Below are positions 60,162 through 64,000 of a DNA stretch of 64,000 nt, piece by piece. The notes under the pieces are model-generated. The model was not told the DNA's origin and made no database searches. It saw only the letters and a program-made list of their open reading frames with translations. Numbering within the stretch: position 1 is the first letter of the stretch; each line of letters begins with the position of its first letter. Both the position numbers and the translations under genes were made by a program. The DNA is from Verrucomicrobiota bacterium (GTDB lineage: Bacteria; Verrucomicrobiota; Verrucomicrobiia; Limisphaerales; MWDV01), in contig DAONTI010000010.1 of assembly GCA_035411585.1 (NCBI GenBank), positions 47,370 to 111,369 on the forward strand. Direction: 5' to 3'.

Positions 60162-61612
60162 AAAGCACACTCGCAAGCCTCGGCCTCGGAATTGCCGTGC
60201 TGGCGATTGATTCGGGAACCGCTGTTGCCGCGTCATCCGCTTCATTCGCTCCCAACATTCTGTGGTTGATCGCCGAGGATTTTGGGCCGCACCTCGGTTG
60301 TTATGGCACCCGCGAGGTGTGGACGCCTCATCTTGATGAACTGGCCGCCCAAGGCGTGCGTTACACGCGGTTCTTCACCACCGCCCCCGTGTGTTCGCCG
60401 AGTCGCTCGGCGTTCATGACCGGGATGTATCAGACGACCATCGGCGCGCACAACCATCGGTCGCATCGCGACGACGGCTACACGTTGCCCGCGGGCGTAC
60501 GCCTGCTGACGGACTGGCTGCGTGAGGCGGGCTATTTCACCGCCAACGTGAGGGAGCTGCCGCCGGCGGTGGGGTTCAAAGGTACTGGCAAAACGGATTG
60601 GAATTTCGCTTACGCGGGTTCGCCCTTTGATTCGGACCGGTGGGATGATTTGCGCCGGCAACAGCCTTTCTACGCGCAGATCAATTTTTCCGAAACCCAT
60701 CGCCGCTTTCGCGCGCCCCGCCGCGCGGATCCCGCCCGTGTGGAACTGCCCGCCTGGACTCCTGATCATCCAGTGGCGCGCGAAGACTGGGCAAAATATC
60801 TCGACGCTGCGAGCGCGTTGGATCGCAAGGTCGGGCGCGTACTGGAACAACTTGAGGCTGACGGATTGGCGGACAATACGGTGGTGGTATTTTTCGGGGA
60901 CAACGGCGCCGCCCATGTGCGGAGCAAGCAATTCTGTTACGATTCCGGCCTGCATGTGCCTCTGATTATTCGTTGGCCCAAAAATTTCCCCACGCCCCGG
61001 CATTTCCGGGCCGGCACGGTGGACAGCCGGTTGTTGATGGCGATTGATCTCGCGCCCACGATGCTGGCCATCGCGGGGGCGAAGAAACCCGCCCGGATGG
61101 AAGGCGAAATTTTCCTGGGCGACAACGCGGCGAAACCGCGCACCTATGTCTTTGGCGCGCGGGACCGTTGCGATGAAACCGTCTTCCGTTTCCGCACCGT
61201 GCGCGATTCGCGGTATCGCTACATCCGCAACTTCACGCCCGGGCGGCCGTTTCTGCAGGATAACGCCTACAAGGAGCGCGCTTATCCGGTGTGGAATTTA
61301 CTCAAAGAACTTCACGCGGAGGGAAAGCTGACGCCGGCCCAGGCGTTCCTGTGCGCGCCGGCGATGCCGGTGGAGGAATTGTACGATTTGCAGGCGGACC
61401 CGGACGAAGTCCACAACTTGGCGGCGTCATCCGCGCATCAGGCCGTGCTGATGCGTATGCGCGCGGTTCTCGCAGATTGGATTGCGGCCACGCACGATCA
61501 AGGCGCCCAACTTGAACCGGCGGACGTGGCCGCTCGCGGCGGGACAACGAAACCGAATTCCAACCCCAACGCGCCCGCTCAACCGCCTCCCGCCAACCCG
61601 GGGCGACGTTGA
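60158..61612 (+). CDS. sulfatase (formylglycine-dependent, arylsulfatase A family)
   Basis: ATG 60158 overlaps the previous stop (ATGA). PNILWLIAEDFG...FTTAPVCSPSRSAFMTGMY carries the C-x-P-x-R formylglycine motif. The middle contains GDNGA. Confidence 0.9.
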   Translation: MKSTLASLGLGIAVLAIDSGTAVAASSASFAPNILWLIAEDFGPHLGCYGTREVWTPHLDELAAQGVRYTRFFTTAPVCSPSRSAFMTGMYQTTIGAHNHRSHRDDGYTLPAGVRLLTDWLREAGYFTANVRELPPAVGFKGTGKTDWNFAYAGSPFDSDRWDDLRRQQPFYAQINFSETHRRFRAPRRADPARVELPAWTPDHPVAREDWAKYLDAASALDRKVGRVLEQLEADGLADNTVVVFFGDNGAAHVRSKQFCYDSGLHVPLIIRWPKNFPTPRHFRAGTVDSRLLMAIDLAPTMLAIAGAKKPARMEGEIFLGDNAAKPRTYVFGARDRCDETVFRFRTVRDSRYRYIRNFTPGRPFLQDNAYKERAYPVWNLLKELHAEGKLTPAQAFLCAPAMPVEELYDLQADPDEVHNLAASSAHQAVLMRMRAVLADWIAATHDQGAQLEPADVAARGGTTKPNSNPNAPAQPPPANPGRR

Positions 61613-61992
61613 ATGTTCAGCCCGTAGTTGAGCCCGGGCTCCCGTATTCAACTTTCCCACGGACTGGCTGGGGGATCGTCAAAGCGAATTTGGACGCGTC
61701 ACATCCCCGGATTGGCCGTTTCGGTTGCGCGTAAGTTTTTTGGTACGGTCTTCGAACATCCGGCCTGAAGTAGTCAAATGCGAGTAGCTGTGGAGGGCAA
61801 TCACGATGGCTGACCGAAATCGCGCGATTTTTCCAGGGTCGAAGGCGTTTTCCTCTTTCTCTATGAGTTACGCTCGCGTCCGTTCATCTTCGTTCACTCC
61901 GGAATAATCGAGACCATATCAAGTCGCGTTCCGGTTGCGGCTCACATGCTTTGTCCTTGTGCGTATTGGATTTTAATGAAAGAGTGAAGAGC

Positions 61993-64000
61993 ATGTTGTT
62001 TGGCGGTTTTCTGCGTGCGTTTTGGTTGTCGGTGATTTTGGGAGGGACGATCCAGCTTGCCTGGGGGCAGGTGATCATCAATGAATTGGTGGCCACTTCG
62101 TCGGACCGGTTGCTGCAACGGGTGCCGGGTGCTTATCCCCGCGTTGGAAACACCACGCCGTGGCAGGACATTGCTTACGACGATTCGCGGTGGGGTCTTG
62201 CGGCCGGGCCCTTTGGCTTTGGCACCTTCAGCGGCGTAACCATCGCCACCGATCTCGCGGCGCAACTCCAGTATCGCGCCGCCTCACTCTACTTACGCAA
62301 GACGTTTGTGGCCACGCCGGAGCAAGCCGCCAGCGGCGCGGCGATGGAGTTACGCGTCCGTTACAACGATGGCTTTATCGCCTTCCTTAACGGCGTCGAA
62401 ATTGCGCGACGCAACATGGGTAATCCCGGGATGTTTGCCTTTCACGATCAGGACGCCCTCAACCCCAATCTCAATACCCTCAATATGGAAACTATTCCGG
62501 TAGGGAATGCGAACACGCGGTTAGTGGCGGGGGACAACGTGCTTTGTCTCCAAGTGCATAATCACAGTGCGTCGGGGGCCAATTTTTTAATCCAAGCCGA
62601 TCTCCAAATGGCGGGCGGCGAAACCTTGGCGGATCATCAATCGTTCTGGAAGTATTTTCCGGGCTTGAGTGAGCCGTCCGGCGGGCTCCTGGACTATGGG
62701 CTGTATTATGCTTTTGTCCATCAACTGAGCGCGGTGGCATGGACGACGCGGGGATTCGATGACGCCGACTGGCCGGTCAGTCCCGGGCCCGTCGGGATTG
62801 AAGGGGCCAATCCGCCGGATTATCTCCTCGGCACCAATTTGTACCAGCAGGTGTATAACATAACGCCGACCATCTATTCACGGCTTGTGTTTTCCCTGTC
62901 CCCGGAGGAAGCGGCAGCGGAAGCCCCCTTGCGGTTGACGCTGGATTATGACGACGGGGTGATTGTTTATTTGAACGGCCGTGAAGTTGCGCGGCGTAAC
63001 GTGGGCAAGCCCGGAGTGCCGACCGCACGCACGGCGGTTGCGACGTCCATTCACGACGCCAACGGAGACCAGAATGGCGCGGTTACCGGGCGGGAGGAGA
63101 TTCTGCTGTTGGGGTCGCCCAAGAGTCTGTTGGTGGCCGGGGACAACGTGCTGGCGGTGCAGTTGCACAACGCCGCCAAGAAAGATGAGGACGCCATTGT
63201 GCGCGTTACGCTGGAAACGACCGGGTCCAATGGCCGGGTGCTTTGTCAGCCTACGGATATCGTGCGTTTTTTTGTTGGCACCCAGGAGCCGTCGCCCGCA
63301 CCGCCGCAAAGCGACATCGGGCCAATCGCATCGGTGCCGGACGGGAAAAACGATTGGATCGAACTGCACAATTCGGGGAGTGCGGAAGTTTCCTTTGATG
63401 GATGGGCGTTAACCGACAACGCATCCAATCCGCAAAAGTGGCTGTTTCCCGGCGGCACAACCATTCCTGGCGGTGGATTTCTTCTCGTGTTGGCCACGGG
63501 GTTGGATATCGGGCCCGCAGATGGCGCCACGTATTTGCACGCGAACTTTAGCTTGTCTGCCAGCGGCGAATATCTGGCCTTGATCAATGCCGAGGGGCAA
63601 GTGGTGAGTGAATTGTCCCCGACCTATCCCGTCCAAAACGTCTTCCATTCGTACGGGCGAGATACGAACGGGAATTGGGGTTTTCTGGCGGAGGCCACTC
63701 CCGGCGCACCTAACGTCGGACCGGCGTTGGCTGCGGCACCGTCGGCTCCCGAATTCAGCATTTCCGGCGGCTTTCATGACGCACCGGTGTCCTTGGTAAT
63801 CACCTCAACGACCGCCGGCGCTGATATATATTATACACTGGACGGCAGCGAGCCAAATCCAGGTCTTCGCTACACCGGACCCATTTTGATTTCGACCAAT
63901 CAGGTTGTCCGAGCGCGGGCGGTTCAGGACGGAGCCATTCCATCAGCAACGTTGACGCACACTTATTTGATCGGCGTATCAGCCGCCAAAAAATCGCTGC
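61993..64000 (+). CDS. partial (3'-truncated by window) secreted lamin-tail-domain / CotH-type protein
   Basis: This frame is open from the stop at 61864..61866 to the window end and is absent from the ORF track because it has no stop. It starts at ATG 61993 with signal peptide MLFGGFLRAFWLSVILGGTIQLAWG. Two galactose-binding-like modules follow (..RVRYNDGFIAFLNGVEIARRNMG.. / ..TLDYDDGVIVYLNGREVARRNVG..). Then a lamin tail domain (NDWIELHNSGSAEVSFDGWALTD...ANFSLSASGEYLALIN), and finally a chitobiase/FN3-associated-type segment (FSISGGFHDAPVSLVITSTTAGADIYYTLDGSEP). Confidence 0.75.
   Translation, partial: MLFGGFLRAFWLSVILGGTIQLAWGQVIINELVATSSDRLLQRVPGAYPRVGNTTPWQDIAYDDSRWGLAAGPFGFGTFSGVTIATDLAAQLQYRAASLYLRKTFVATPEQAASGAAMELRVRYNDGFIAFLNGVEIARRNMGNPGMFAFHDQDALNPNLNTLNMETIPVGNANTRLVAGDNVLCLQVHNHSASGANFLIQADLQMAGGETLADHQSFWKYFPGLSEPSGGLLDYGLYYAFVHQLSAVAWTTRGFDDADWPVSPGPVGIEGANPPDYLLGTNLYQQVYNITPTIYSRLVFSLSPEEAAAEAPLRLTLDYDDGVIVYLNGREVARRNVGKPGVPTARTAVATSIHDANGDQNGAVTGREEILLLGSPKSLLVAGDNVLAVQLHNAAKKDEDAIVRVTLETTGSNGRVLCQPTDIVRFFVGTQEPSPAPPQSDIGPIASVPDGKNDWIELHNSGSAEVSFDGWALTDNASNPQKWLFPGGTTIPGGGFLLVLATGLDIGPADGATYLHANFSLSASGEYLALINAEGQVVSELSPTYPVQNVFHSYGRDTNGNWGFLAEATPGAPNVGPALAAAPSAPEFSISGGFHDAPVSLVITSTTAGADIYYTLDGSEPNPGLRYTGPILISTNQVVRARAVQDGAIPSATLTHTYLIGVSAAKKSL

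Noticed and set aside
1-64000. Search by eye for tRNA, rRNA, tmRNA, CRISPR arrays, reverse transcriptase/DGR/retron genes, integrases and classic defence genes
   Set aside because: None were found. There are no T-arm/GTTCGAATC-like tRNA signatures in the spacers, no short repeat-spacer arrays and no RT or integrase motifs in any frame I inspected. This is a visual scan only, so tRNAscan-SE, Infernal, CRISPRCasFinder and DefenseFinder should be run to confirm.

Overview
This is a high-GC chromosomal segment. Its gene content points to the PVC superphylum, most likely Verrucomicrobiota: PEP-CTERM tails, several prepilin-type H-X9-DG paralogs, a sulfatase, many very large secreted beta-sandwich proteins, and no Shine-Dalgarno-rich leaders. 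All calls come from reading the supplied ORF translations and the DNA by eye; no searches were run. I support about 40 protein-coding genes, one IS110 transposase remnant, two hairpin terminators and several coding or non-coding repeats. I saw no rRNA, tRNA, CRISPR array, reverse transcriptase or recognisable defence system.

Layout from left to right:
- 1-2.2 kb: a small, more A/T-rich islet with an IS110 pseudogene, a DUF2726 gene and a 4-TM gene.
- 2.2-11.5 kb (minus strand): large secreted proteins, namely DUF4091/GH123-like, a LamG protein, a duplicated-domain protein, a pseudopilin-like protein and a PEP-CTERM protein.
- 11.8-15.7 kb: phosphodiester glycosidase (NAGPA-like), EEP phosphatase/phosphodiesterase, and a fusion paralog.
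- 15.9-19.8 kb: a metal (Zn/Mn-type) uptake operon.
- 20-23.6 kb: ribokinase, a sugar transporter and a URO-D-family gene.
- 23.8-32.3 kb: a pseudopilin-like gene followed by two giant secreted proteins.
- 32.4-40.7 kb: a glycerol-phosphate locus with glpD, a SorC regulator, GDPD, a G1P-dehydrogenase-like enzyme, two GlpT-type antiporters and rpiB.
- 40.8-45.3 kb: a TPR protein and a third giant paralog.
- 45.3-49.3 kb: a gmhB-like gene, a duplicated LamG-like secreted protein and a pseudopilin-like gene.
- 49.6-61.6 kb: a six-gene CAZyme/sulfatase operon (GH127, GH2, DUF4965 glutaminase-like, two beta-helix proteins, sulfatase).
- 62-64 kb: a partial lamin-tail/CotH-type gene running off the right edge.

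The most interesting signals, all hypotheses:
1. A window-wide concentration of phosphodiester-cleaving functions and glycerol-phosphate catabolism, suggesting a phosphoglycan or teichoic-acid-type scavenging system.
2. An unrecognised N-terminal domain of about 340-380 aa shared by three giant secreted paralogs.
3. Three cassettes of a pseudopilin-like gene followed by a large secreted protein.
4. A C-terminal beta-sandwich ending in (F/Y)(F/Y)R(L/V/I), present seven times and interchangeable with PEP-CTERM on the same domain.
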